A stretch of 64,000 nt of DNA, taken from positions 33,229,648 through 33,293,647 of the forward strand of contig NC_092673.1 in the NCBI RefSeq assembly GCF_964355755.1, read 5' to 3'. The notes below the pieces were generated by a model that was not told the origin of the DNA, searched no databases, and saw nothing but the letters and a program-made list of their open reading frames with translations. Below are positions 12,002 to 29,900 of the stretch, one piece after another (positions within the stretch are counted from its first letter, which is position 1; each line of letters starts with the position of its first letter). Both the position numbers and the translations under genes were made by a program. The stretch comes from Antedon mediterranea (lineage: Eukaryota; Animalia; Echinodermata).

Positions 12002-13232
12002 ACATCTGTTGAAGATAGATAAATATGTTTATAATTTCATTTTTAGGAAGAGCACATATCCATGGAGCTACTGTACCTCTTAATCCGCCCTTTTTGTCCC
12101 TGCATCCACCCCTGGATCTTCCCCTGTGATTCCTTGATCCGCCCCAGTTCCTCTTAGCCCCCCCCCCCCCCACCCTGGATCCGCCCCGTAGTCTGTAAAT
12201 ACATTAAAGTTGCACAACTATATTTTGTAATTATCAATCACACTTAAGTGAGATATTTCCCTAAAATACAATTTCACTTAAGTCAATAATCATTTAATGA
12301 TTTCTCTTAAAAGAATATGTGGTATTACTTATGATAGGAAAATGTATAAATGTAAAGCGTTTGTTCCTATAGCTTAATTGTGAATGATGTCACAAAACTT
12401 GTGACTACCTGAACCATCATATCTGCTTGTCCATCATTTATCTGCTTGCCCATTATTACTTCTGCTTGCCCATTATCACTTCTGCTTGCCCACACTCAAT
12501 TAATAATTAGAACCTGTATTTAAAATAAAATTTATTTTAATTGTATCATATTCATATCATATTTAATAATTTGAAACTTAATTGTTTACTTTGAAGCTCA
12601 CTATATTGTCAAATATTCACAAGTTAGTGATGTGAAAATTTATGGTAAAATTGATTTAGCGATAAATGTGATTAGTAATGTTGTACATTATTGTAACTTT
12701 TGATATTTTTTCTTCGATCAAAATAATAATAAATATACTGTACAGTACATATGCGTACTAGGGTTTTGGTCTAAAACAATATTACATTTGTAATTATGAA
12801 TAAACTTCGTAATTATTAATGCTATTTTTATTACATTTTTGTATTATAATTAAGAAAAGAAAATATGAAGCTTTTTAGTTGTCAAAATACATTTTAAAAA
12901 GTTGGTGTTAGTATGTAAAAAATACAGTACTCGCAACCCGGAATTATTGTACTAAAATATTTATTGCTATTTCATTATTTTGTCCCTCCCTAATTCTGTT
13001 TGGGAACTTAATTTCAGTAGAACCCTTTTTTATTTAGAACACCCCTATTAAGTATTAAGGGGACAGGTGTCAATGTAATAATTATTATACCATATCTCAA
13101 ACTTGTATTTTTTAATAACTCGTACAATTATTTGTACGTTTTATATTTTCATATGTTGCTGGATATGAAATAATATAATACATTTTGTTAATCTAGTTGA
13201 TAGTTGTTTGTTTACAAGGTATTGGAATTTAA

Positions 13233-13458
13233 AGGGTATATCCTGTTATGAAACTATTAATAGACATATTTTGGTTGCATATTTTGACCTAAGTTTAATA
13301 ATAGTCATTTTGAGGACCAAATGCTGTTTTGATGAAACAGAATATTTTCAGTCTTCCGTGTTTTGCTTCATTGCTGTTAAAAAAAAGTAGCATGTATAAA
13401 AATAAAAGTGTTGTTATGCTATGAAAAACAATAATAATTTCAAACATGGACATACCCT
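13233..13458. mobile_element. TTAA-flanked MITE (Kolobok-like)
   Basis: TTAA|AGGGTATATCCTGTTATGAAA ... TTTCAAACATGGACATACCCT|TTAA. Confidence 0.7.
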
Positions 13459-13724
13459 TTAAGCCACACTCCACAATATAGTATTTTTGTATGAATATGA
13501 ATAGCTAATTAGGGTTTTCGGTTTTTGTAATACTCTATTATACAGTAATTATTAAAATACCATAGTTAAATCCATAGTTTTATTTAAGAAAAATCTGTAA
13601 AGGTCTCGCAACAATAATAATGTATTATAATTGCTTCTGTATACATTGACTTTTGTGTTTATTATTTATTATTAAACATGACAATTTCCTCCTGAATTAC
13701 ATAAAAACCCAACAATTTACATAA

Positions 13725-13870
13725 AAGACCACGCCCCCTTATAATTGACACGTAAAGTTTTGCATTTTCAACGTGGCATGGCCTTTTGATGTCACTTCCG
13801 GGAAAAGGTCACCTGTTTCATGCCTGGCTAAACGATCCGGGAGGAGCTGAACCCAAAGCCGGTTGTAGGC
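13725..13870 (+). promoter_or_regulatory. Probable SURF4 promoter
   Basis: Local GC/CpG rise 40-185 bp upstream of the ATG, with CCACGCCCC (Sp/KLF), ACGTGGCA (=TGCCACGT, CREB3/XBP1-type) and ACTTCCGG (ETS). Confidence 0.6.
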
Positions 13871-13909
13871 CTGCGATTTATTTTGTTATTTTGGTGCATT
13901 TTAAGCAGA

Positions 13910-20147
<6,238 letters not shown>

Positions 20148-20651
20148 AAAATAATTAAAATACAGTAAATAAATTGTGTTTCGTCTTCAAAGCATACAAC
20201 ATTGTAGCTTTTCATTTATTTTCCTACTTCATAGGCCAACTGTACAATATACAGTATTCTACTGCAGTAACTATATTTATTACTGCATTAACTACAATTT
20301 ACAGTGACATTTAGTTTGCTTCAATGTAGAAAGACAGTGACTGCAATAAACTAAACATTTATTAAATAATAAAAGGGTTTAAAGTGTAAACAAATTCTAG
20401 TTACTGCAGTAAAATAATTGTCAATGATCCATTAAGAAATAAGAGAAATAAATAACCAGTCATGATTTGATCTGCTGATTCAAACAATTGCTACAATGTC
20501 TGTTGCAACGTTATTCTATATAAGCAACAATAATATGTTTTATGAGGAAATTCTGGTGTTATGATTGGTTTTTGAAGGTCACATGGTATGGCAGGAGTCC
20601 GTTAAAGTTACAGACCATAAAGGTTAAACTATGAATAAATTATTTTTTTTA

Positions 20652-20907
20652 GGGCATGTTCAGATCCACGGAGTTATGTTTTTTCATATCGTAAGCAAGG
20701 TCTTATTATAATTAGCGTCGAATCATATTCGATTAACTAATGCTTTCGTTACAAACTGAAGAGACGCAGATTTGGCCGAACATCTGGTATGCAAGAGTAA
20801 AATTGATTGGTTGGATGTCAAAATCGTTAATGTATGATGTATCATTCGCTAATCTTGTACCTTGAGCTGTCGTACGAAAGCATAACTCTGTATGTCTGAA
20901 CAGGCCC
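20652..20907. mobile_element. PIF/Harbinger-like MITE downstream of the SURF4 stop codon
   Basis: TTA|GGGCATGTTCAGATCCACGGAGTTATG ... CATAACTCTGTATGTCTGAACAGGCCC|TTA. Confidence 0.8.
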
Positions 20908-21999
20908 TTAAACATGGCAGTTTCAGTACTACATGTTGCTTTCCTCCTTCCAAGGTCACATTTAGTATTGTTTAAATAGGACTGAAAGTAGTTCAGTATA
21001 CGTTTTCAGGTAACCGGCCCTTAATTTGGGAAATGCCCAAGAACTGTGCTCAAATATGTGTAACCCTAGCTAAACGAGAACTTAAAATTTCCGAATAGCG
21101 AAACATCTTCTCACAATATCAAATATGCATATTGATAGTAAAACTGTAGCAGTAGTTTCTCTACAGTATTTTGATAAACCACCTTTTTCATGCATAAAAT
21201 AAAGCCTCTATAATTTTGAAAAAAAGGTTTTATTCACGTTTTTATGCCGCTAGATTATAGATTTGATTTTTTTGTGGGTTGATTTTTTCCCGAGATATAT
21301 ATCTGACTTTATGAAAATGCTATTTTTAACAAATGATTAGTTGTACTGTTAACTCCACATAGAATGTACATACATTAATAACTTTCAATGTTCACGATTC
21401 TTTGTTCAATCTCATTAAATAGAATAGAAATTGTCTTATTTTTTTAAAAGAAAAATGCTTTATATTACTACTTTTAATAATTTTGCACTGTAATGTATAT
21501 AGCCACAAAATGATGATGATGTGTAAATAAACCATCCATGATGTCATTGTTTCATGTACCCCACCCACCATTCCGAATAAAATCGCTTATTTCTTCTAAA
21601 TTTACTTAATATGCTAATGTTGATGTTTTGTGTACTGCAATTGAAAAAAAATAAATACAACTGCAATTTTTTCATTTTTTTTCTCAATATATTGACAATA
21701 AAATGTAATTGGGGCAAAACTAGCTAAACTAATATAATAGTATCTTGTACAGCAACCATTCAGGGCTAGCCAACATATATTGGGCTAGTGTCCGAATACT
21801 AGATCTCACCGCTTGGCTTATTTAAATAATATAAGACCTAGATAATAATAAAGATGTATTTTCCCCCAAAAACATGAATAATAAAGATGAATAACGAACT
21901 GGATAGGGCATTTTGTACAAGTTTTAGTAATGTTGTTCACTTCGACAGGAAAAAAAACAAACAAAAATAATGATTTCACTTTTTTAAGAAAATTAAACA

Positions 22000-22124
22000 C
22001 ACATCATTATTGAGTCACTTTAAGTCACTACTCAAAACTCACCTTTTCTGATTTTTTTACAGCGCCATGAGCAATGAATGTTGGAATGGCGCTATATAAA
22101 TCGAACGATTGATTGATTGATTGA
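22000..22124 (+). mobile_element. 3' end of an L2-clade LINE or LINE-tailed SINE
   Basis: Encodes FKSLLKTHLF*, then CAGCGCCAT...ATGGCGCT stem-loop, TATATAAAT and a (GATT)n tail. Confidence 0.7.
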
Positions 22125-22240
22125 AGAAAAACTTTCAATTACATTTCTTCAGGTAAATAATTTCCTGTCATTGATTTGACAACTGTGGGTCACATGGCGT
22201 GCAATAGTATGCTATATTAAACGATCGTTTAATAGTACTT

Positions 22241-22490
22241 TTTGAAACATTTTTGTGTACGAAAAAAAAACGTTTCGTGGATGAAAAAAAATCTAGTATA
22301 CAAATTACCCTATAATATGGCTCTCTACTGTGAAATACAACAGCGCCACCTGTCGTCTGGCCTCAGTTTCGTTTCTCTTCTTTTAAACATTTTGTGTACG
22401 AAAAAAAAACGTTTCGCGGATGAAAAAAAATCTAGTATACAAATTACTGTGAAATACAACAGCGCCACCTGTTGTCTGGTCTCAGTTTCA
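22241..22490. repeat. Local tandem duplication (~140 bp), each copy with CAGCGCCACCTG
   Basis: AAACATTTTTGTGTACGAAAAAAAAACGTTTCG...CAGCGCCACCTG occurs twice. Confidence 0.8.
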
Positions 22491-24220
22491 TTTGTAAACA
22501 CCACCGCGAGATGTGCAACAGCAGCAGATATTATTTGTGTACGATTTCAGACATATAAATGTATTAATTTCATTCAAAAAGGCATTTAAATTAGCTTTAG
22601 ATCGTTTTTAGGATTTTGATTAATTAGTACTAGGCTACTAGGTCTAGCCTAGGCCATGCTAGTATTAGGCTAGGCCTAGTCTAGGCGTTTTAGCCTTACT
22701 AGGCCTAAGATTGTTTAGTCGTTCATAAAACCCATATAAATGTAACATTTAATATAATATTAAAAACCAAATGTTACTGTTTTTAATCAATGTGAATGAA
22801 ATGTAGGCCTTTAGCTAGGGCTACCTTACCTTATTTGATTCAAATGACAGGAATCTATTTAGATGTTATATAAAACAAATAATAATGAATGTTTTATATT
22901 CGTGTAGGCCTAATGGTACCAATAATGGCATTGGTGAATGATGAAAGGTTAATATCAACTCTGCGTTGCCTCGTTGATAATATATCTTTTATATATATTT
23001 ATATATTATATTGTACCTGTATTGTCTTAGTTTGGGTAGAAAATTGATGGTTAAAAATTAAATCAAGCATCATTTTGTTTAACTTAATAGAAATTACAAT
23101 TAAAGTCAAGTTTTGGAGCTAAGGATATAGTGGTGCTTTTTTGGTCTATTTTACCTATGCTAGACATATTAATCCAGTCCATCATAGAAAATGAATGAAT
23201 GAAATTTTCGAAAAAATGAGCAAATTTCGACCATTTTATTTTTCGACATGACTAGTTACTATGGCTCTATAAGATGATAATATATGCGCATATATTGCAA
23301 TATTTTCGCTTAATAATTGGAATTTAAAAATGTGGCTGTTTTGGCAATTTAAATTTTCGACCCTTTTATTTTTTTTAATAACTGGTTCCTATGACTCTAT
23401 AAGATGATGATAATGCAATATATGTGCAAATATGGCAATATTATTGCATAATAAGTGAATTTGAAAAAGTCGATATATGTGGTTTGCGCATGTTACCTCA
23501 ATACATGTTAAACAGCGGGTATTGACAAATTGACATGCGCAGAATCACATATTGTGGTCTGCGCATGTTATCTCAACACATACATATATCTGGGTCAATA
23601 TTTGGCCATTTTTGAAAAAATCCCTGTACTAATATAGTACAGGGAAAATTTCGAAAAATGACAAAATTTCGACCCATTTATTTGTTTAAATAACTGGTTC
23701 CTATGACTCTATAAGATGGTGATAATGCAATATATGTGCATATATGGCATTATTATTGCGTAATAAGTGGATTTTAAAAAGTCGATATGGTTTGCGCATG
23801 TTACCTCAATACATGTTAAAAAGCGGGTAGGGCCTATTGACAAATTGACATGCGCAGAATCACATATTGTAGTTTGCGCATGTTACCTCAATACATGTTA
23901 AAAAGCGGGTATTGACAAATTGATATGCGCAGAATCACATATTGTGGTCTGCGTATAGGCCTAATAATAATAATAATTTATTAGGAAATGACACCTTTGC
24001 ATCGGTGGCACACACAGAAGTGGTGCATAACATAATACATCAAAACAATACATTATATGACGGATATGTTACCTCAATACATGTTAAACAGCCGGTATTG
24101 ACACATTGACATGCGCAGAATCACATATTGTGTTCTGCGCATGTTAGCTCAATACATGTTAAACAGCCGGTATTGACACATTGACATGCGCAGAATCACA
24201 TATTGTGGTCTGCGCATGTT

Positions 24221-26992
24221 TCAGATAATATTTTATTTAGATAATAATGAATGAATATATACAAAATAGAAAAAAGATATTAAAGTGAACATAGATAAAG
24301 CAGTAATTGGTAGTCATTATTATCATGGATCCCTTCTAGAAGTTAAAAACTTGTCTCGTAGGGACCCATAACAAAACACATTACTAAAAAAATAAAAATA
24401 ACCTAGAATATATAATTATATAATTTAGGATAAAAAATTACAGTATAATAACATAACTAACATCTTCTTTATAAAAATTATTTAAATTATATTTCAATAG
24501 TTTCATGATAATTATAAATGAAATAACTACCGATATTGGTAAATGAAAAAAAAATATGTATACATAAATTATAATTCCAGTATATATATAGTATATACTA
24601 TATATACATTATATATAGTATAGATTAAAGATTGCAATAATAAACAACAACTAATATTTTGTGTAAGACATAAATAGTATATGAGTATAAATAATGATAA
24701 TAAGCATATTAACTAAGCAGTATAATATTTAGATATATAATGATTCTTTAACTTTTTTCGGAAAGTAAATAATGATATTGACGTTTTGATATTTGGTGGG
24801 ATATGATTCCACAAATTAGGACCTGATATAGTTATAAAAAATTTAGTTTTTGTAAGTCTAGCAAAAGGAATGTTTAAATGAGAAGTTCTTAAATTGTAAT
24901 TGTGAAATTTGGTACGTTTACAGAGCATATCAATCATAGAAATAGGAAGTTGGTTTTTAAAATAATTAAACATAAAACTGGCAACTTGAACATTGTGGAT
25001 ATCCGTTAATTTTAATATACCAAGACGTTTAAAAAGGGGTTCAGATGAGGTTCTATATGGTGAAAAAGTAATAATTCTAGCTGCACGTTTTTGTAATTTA
25101 GTTAATCTAGCAATATTAGAAGAGTAATCTGCAGCCCAAATAATGTTACAATACTGGAAATAAGGAAGTACAAGTGTGTTATAAAGAGAAATTAAAATAT
25201 TTAGAGGGAAGAAGTGCTTAAGTCTGTTAATAATACTAATAGATCTTGATATTTTTTTCGAAACGTAATTTTGATGACTGGTCCATTTGAGGTTTTCATG
25301 AATATATACACCTAAAAAAAGTGTTTCAGTTTTGCGTTCAATTTGAATTCCGCCAAGAAGTATATTTAGGTCATCAACTTTTAGTTTACGTTGAGAATTG
25401 TGAAAAATTAAATAATTTGTTTTAAGAGTATTAATAAGTAATTTGTTTGAAATAAACCAGTCACAAAATTTAGTTAATTCATCATTGAATGTAGTAAATA
25501 ATAAATCAATATTGGAATTAGAGTAAAATAAGGTGGTGTCGTCGGCGAAGGATATTACTTGCAATTTGTTACTGACATTAGCCAGATCATTAACATAAAT
25601 AAGGAAGAGCAATGGCCCAAGCACAGATCCCTGTGGCACTCCGCAAGTAATATCCATCGTCGACGATGTACAAGATCCTAATGCAACATATTGTTTTCTA
25701 TCTTTCAAATAACTATTAAACCAATTCAATGAAATACCTCTAATTCCATAGCACTCAAGTTTTTTAATTAAATTGTCGTGATTAATAACATCGAAGGCCT
25801 TTGAAAGATCAATAAATAAACTTAATAAATTTTCTTTTGATTCAAATGAATTTGTAATATTATTAATAAGATCTAAAACGGCATGGGATGTAGAGTGATT
25901 TTTTCGAAAACCATATTGGCGTTTATTAAGTATATCAAATTTTGTGAGATAATCAGAAAGTTTAGAATACATGAGTTTTTCAATAATTTTGGAAAACACT
26001 GAAAGTAGTGATATTGGCCGGTAATTAGATAATTGACTTCGTTCACCTTTCTTGAAAATGGGCACAACTTTAGCTAGTTTTAAGTGTGTTGGAAAAGTGC
26101 CAGATAAAAAAGATGAATTTATACAATGGGTAAGTTGGTGGATGATTGAGGGAGATACAGATTTTAAGACACGAGCAGTAATACCGTCAGATCCACCCCC
26201 TTTATTAGAATTTAGATTGTATATAGTTAGGTTAACATCATCAATTGAAACTGGGCTAATATAAAATGAGTTGGCAAACGCAGAATGAAGATAAGATAAT
26301 GGATCAGTTATATTAGTTGGCATACTATTAATAAGATTAGGACCAATTGTAGAAAAATAGTTGTTAAACGATTCACATATCTCTTTTTGAGTTTTGTAAA
26401 TATTATCACCGTCTTTAATTAGATTCGGGTGCTTGTTATTATTATTACCTTTATTTAAAACAGAATTTATTACAAGCCATGTGTTCTTCAGATTACCTTT
26501 ATATCTATCAAACTGGGAAGTATAATAATTCTTTTTAGCAGTGCGACAAAGATTAGTGAAAATATTATTATATTTTGTATAGTTTAATTTGTCATTATTA
26601 CTACGTGTGTGCATATATTTGTTATAAAGTTTATGTTTCCGAGAACTACATTTTAAGAGAGCAGATGACATCCATGGTTGTTTAAACGTTTTATTTGATT
26701 TTATACTACTTTTAACCAAGTGTCTGGAGTGGATATTTGTAAATTTTTCAATAAATATATCAAAACTCAATCTTGGGTCACAATCAAATATCATAGACCA
26801 GTCTTCACCTTCTAAATCAATCGATAAGGCATTTAGGTCGTTTATACGAAATGAATAGTTGGCGCTATTATCATCAAGGTTTTGATCATTAATTTCTTGA
26901 TCAATGAACTGAAATATAGGAAGGTGGTCGGAGATATCATTAAGTAAAACACCAGCAACTATTTTATAGTTAGATTGTTTGGAATAAAAAAT
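24221..26992 (-). mobile_element. 5'-truncated non-LTR retrotransposon (CR1/L2 group)
   Basis: RT ORF, 3' UTR stem-loop at ~24324-24368, apparent ATGTT target duplication (24216-24220, 26993-26997). Confidence 0.92.
24713..26992 (-). CDS. LINE ORF2 fragment: end of APE endonuclease plus reverse transcriptase
   Basis: Frame stays open upstream of the listed Met (DISDHLPIF endonuclease motif); NYRPISLL, FIDLSKAFD, GVPQGSVLGPLLF, FADD; no internal stops. Confidence 0.93.
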   Translation of the reverse strand: MFYSKQSNYKIVAGVLLNDISDHLPIFQFIDQEINDQNLDDNSANYSFRINDLNALSIDLEGEDWSMIFDCDPRLSFDIFIEKFTNIHSRHLVKSSIKSNKTFKQPWMSSALLKCSSRKHKLYNKYMHTRSNNDKLNYTKYNNIFTNLCRTAKKNYYTSQFDRYKGNLKNTWLVINSVLNKGNNNNKHPNLIKDGDNIYKTQKEICESFNNYFSTIGPNLINSMPTNITDPLSYLHSAFANSFYISPVSIDDVNLTIYNLNSNKGGGSDGITARVLKSVSPSIIHQLTHCINSSFLSGTFPTHLKLAKVVPIFKKGERSQLSNYRPISLLSVFSKIIEKLMYSKLSDYLTKFDILNKRQYGFRKNHSTSHAVLDLINNITNSFESKENLLSLFIDLSKAFDVINHDNLIKKLECYGIRGISLNWFNSYLKDRKQYVALGSCTSSTMDITCGVPQGSVLGPLLFLIYVNDLANVSNKLQVISFADDTTLFYSNSNIDLLFTTFNDELTKFCDWFISNKLLINTLKTNYLIFHNSQRKLKVDDLNILLGGIQIERKTETLFLGVYIHENLKWTSHQNYVSKKISRSISIINRLKHFFPLNILISLYNTLVLPYFQYCNIIWAADYSSNIARLTKLQKRAARIITFSPYRTSSEPLFKRLGILKLTDIHNVQVASFMFNYFKNQLPISMIDMLCKRTKFHNYNLRTSHLNIPFARLTKTKFFITISGPNLWNHIPPNIKTSISLFTFRKKLKNHYISKYYTA

Positions 26993-29900
26993 ATGTTACC
27001 TCAATACCATGTTAAACAGCCGGTATTGACACATTGACATGCGCAGAATCACATATTGTGGTCTGCGCATGTTACCTCAACATGGGTCAATATTTGGCCA
27101 TTTTTGAAAAACCCCTGTAGGCTACTATAGTACAGGGATAATTTCAAAAAATTACAAAATTTCGACCCTTTTATTTATTTTTTTAAATAACTGGTTTCTA
27201 TGACTCTATAAGATGATAATGCAATATATGCGCATATATGGCATTATTATTGCATAATAAGTGAATTTAAAAAATTCGATATTTTGGCAATTTGTGACAA
27301 AATCCCTGTACTATAGTACAGGGAAATTTTCTAAAAATGACAAAATTTCGACCCTTTTATTATTTAAAATAACTGGTTCCTATGGCTCTATAAGATTATG
27401 ATAATGCAATATATGTGCATATATGGCAATATTATTGCATAATAAGTGAATTTGAAAAAGTCGATATATGTGGTTTGCGCATGTTACCTCAATACATGTT
27501 AAACAGCCGGTATTGACAAATCGACATGCGCATAATCACATATTGTGGTCTGCGCATGTTACCTCAATACCATGTTAAACAGCCGGTATTGACATGCGCA
27601 GAATCACATATTGTGGTCTGCGCATGTTACCTCAACATGGGTCAATATTTGGCCATTTTTGAAAAACCCCTGTAGGCTACTATAGTACAGGGATAATTTC
27701 AAAAAATGACAAAATTTCGACCCTTTTATTTATTTTTTTAAATAACTGGTTTCTATGACTCTATAAGATGATAATGCAATATATGTGCATATATGGCATT
27801 ATTATTGCATAATAAGTGAATTTAAAAAATTCGATATTTTGGCAATTTGTGACAAAATCCCTGTACTATAGTACAGGGAAATTTTCTAAAAATGACAAAA
27901 TTTCGACCCTTTTATTATTTAAAATAACTGGTTCCTATGGCTCTATAAGATTATGATAATGCAATATATGTGCATATATGGCAATATTATTGCATAATAA
28001 GTGAATTTGAAAAAGTCGATATACATGTTAAACAGCCGGTATTGACAAATCGACATGCGCATAATCACATATTGTGGTCTGCGCATGTTATCTCAACACA
28101 TACATATACCTGTGTCAATATTTGGCAATTTTTTGAAAAATGTTGAGCCCTTTATTTTGACATAACTGATTACTATGGCACTATATAAATATGATATTGA
28201 CATACAGTATATAGCAATTATAGCATAATTTTATTTTTAAAAGTTCATATATAATTATTTGCCATTTTAATAATTTTAGATAATTTGTAATAAGAGTTTT
28301 AAGTTTGGTTACCACTTTCACACAACGACTTAGGCACAACAAATATGGTAGTGATATGAGATCATCATGTCCATATATGGGCACATCACATTTGACATCA
28401 GTTTGATTATGTAGAGTTAATCAATCACAAGCGTCAGGCCGTTTAGATGATTCATACCGTCGTGATTGGTCAAATAACTTGCGGCGCGCGCGCACGCTTA
28501 CTTCCTTCGTTGCGTTCATCAAGTGGGAACCAAAGTTTACGATTCTTATGGCGAAGAAATAAACGATCAGAACGAATCGCTGCTGAATAACCGTAGGACG
28601 TTTATTACCGTTAGTAATACATAAGATTTGACAATTCTTTTGGCACACAATTATAAAGACGGAGAAGCATGGTGTTAAAACTGGTATAGAAAAAATAAAA
28701 ACAAAAACACCAAACGATACCATTTTTACCAATGATTGTGTATATACTCTGTCTGTTCAGGCAAGAATAAAACTACACTCTTCCCTGGTCTGTTTGAGCC
28801 GTGTGCCATTAACTCACTGAGAATATTCTCCGTGTTTGACCAAACAATAAAAAATTGAAATCTTAAGAAAAATGAACACAACTGTACTGCTAGTTGTGTT
28901 GAAACCATCGTATTGACTATACTTTTATACGTACCTGGTTTCATATTACTATGCTTACACAGTATCTATTATACACAATATAATAATTTCAAAATTTCCT
29001 AACGTAATCCCGTTCTTTGATCACCTTTTTGAAGTATAAAAACAGTGTATTTACATAACAAACATATCCCATGTGGTTAAACCATATAATTATGAACAAA
29101 AAAAAAACAACGAACAGTTTGGAAGGCATATTAAAAGTTTTGCCAAATTAACATTTGTTTTTGTCGTTGCAGTTGTAATAATTTGCATAGTATACACCAA
29201 CAAAAGCTAAACTAAATATATCACATACAACTTGCGTGGAAATAAAATCTGTTATTTAAGTAAAAAAATTCTACATAAGTAAAAGATCGACACTATGTTT
29301 GAACATACATTTTTAGCATTGCAATGCTGTTTTTGAAACAATCAAATCATAAAAAGGGGTTTAAAAAAGTATTTTATGATGTACGTGCAGTGAACACGTA
29401 AATACGGTGCATATGGGGTTCAATTGTTCAATAATAATTATTCAATCGGAGCACCGTTATAATGTAGTGTTACTCGAATGTAAAACCTGCAAAACCGACT
29501 ACTGTAAAACGCATACAATGCCTATGAATATCAGTTTAATCTAAAAAGCTCATACAAGATTGACTCACCACTGCACTATCTAAAACGTGTTAGAAACAGA
29601 TGAAAGATGTAAAAAAAATTTATTTATTACTTAGAAAAAATTACATTGAAAAAACGTCAGATCACCGCATTGCCAATAATGGAACGTATACAACAGTTCT
29701 TATAGTATGAGAAAAAAAAGAGTAATTGCCAGACCGAACCGAAACTCTTCGTGTGATTAGGACTGCATCTTTTTAATTAAAGCATTTAGCTTCATTATAA
29801 ATACAAGTGCTTATAATAAATTGGTAAAGATAGTTTAATTACGGCTTTCTCAATTCTTGTCTTCAATTTGTATAATAAATAGTATGTTTAATTTTACGTA

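Larger units (their letters stand above)
23200..28185. repeat. Complex modular satellite (~72-bp GCGCATGTTACCTCAATAC module, AT-rich module, CCCTGTACTATAGTACAGGG palindrome; higher-order period ~550-560 bp), interrupted by a LINE
   Basis: Repeated modules visible at 23200-24220 and 26993-28185. Confidence 0.9.
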
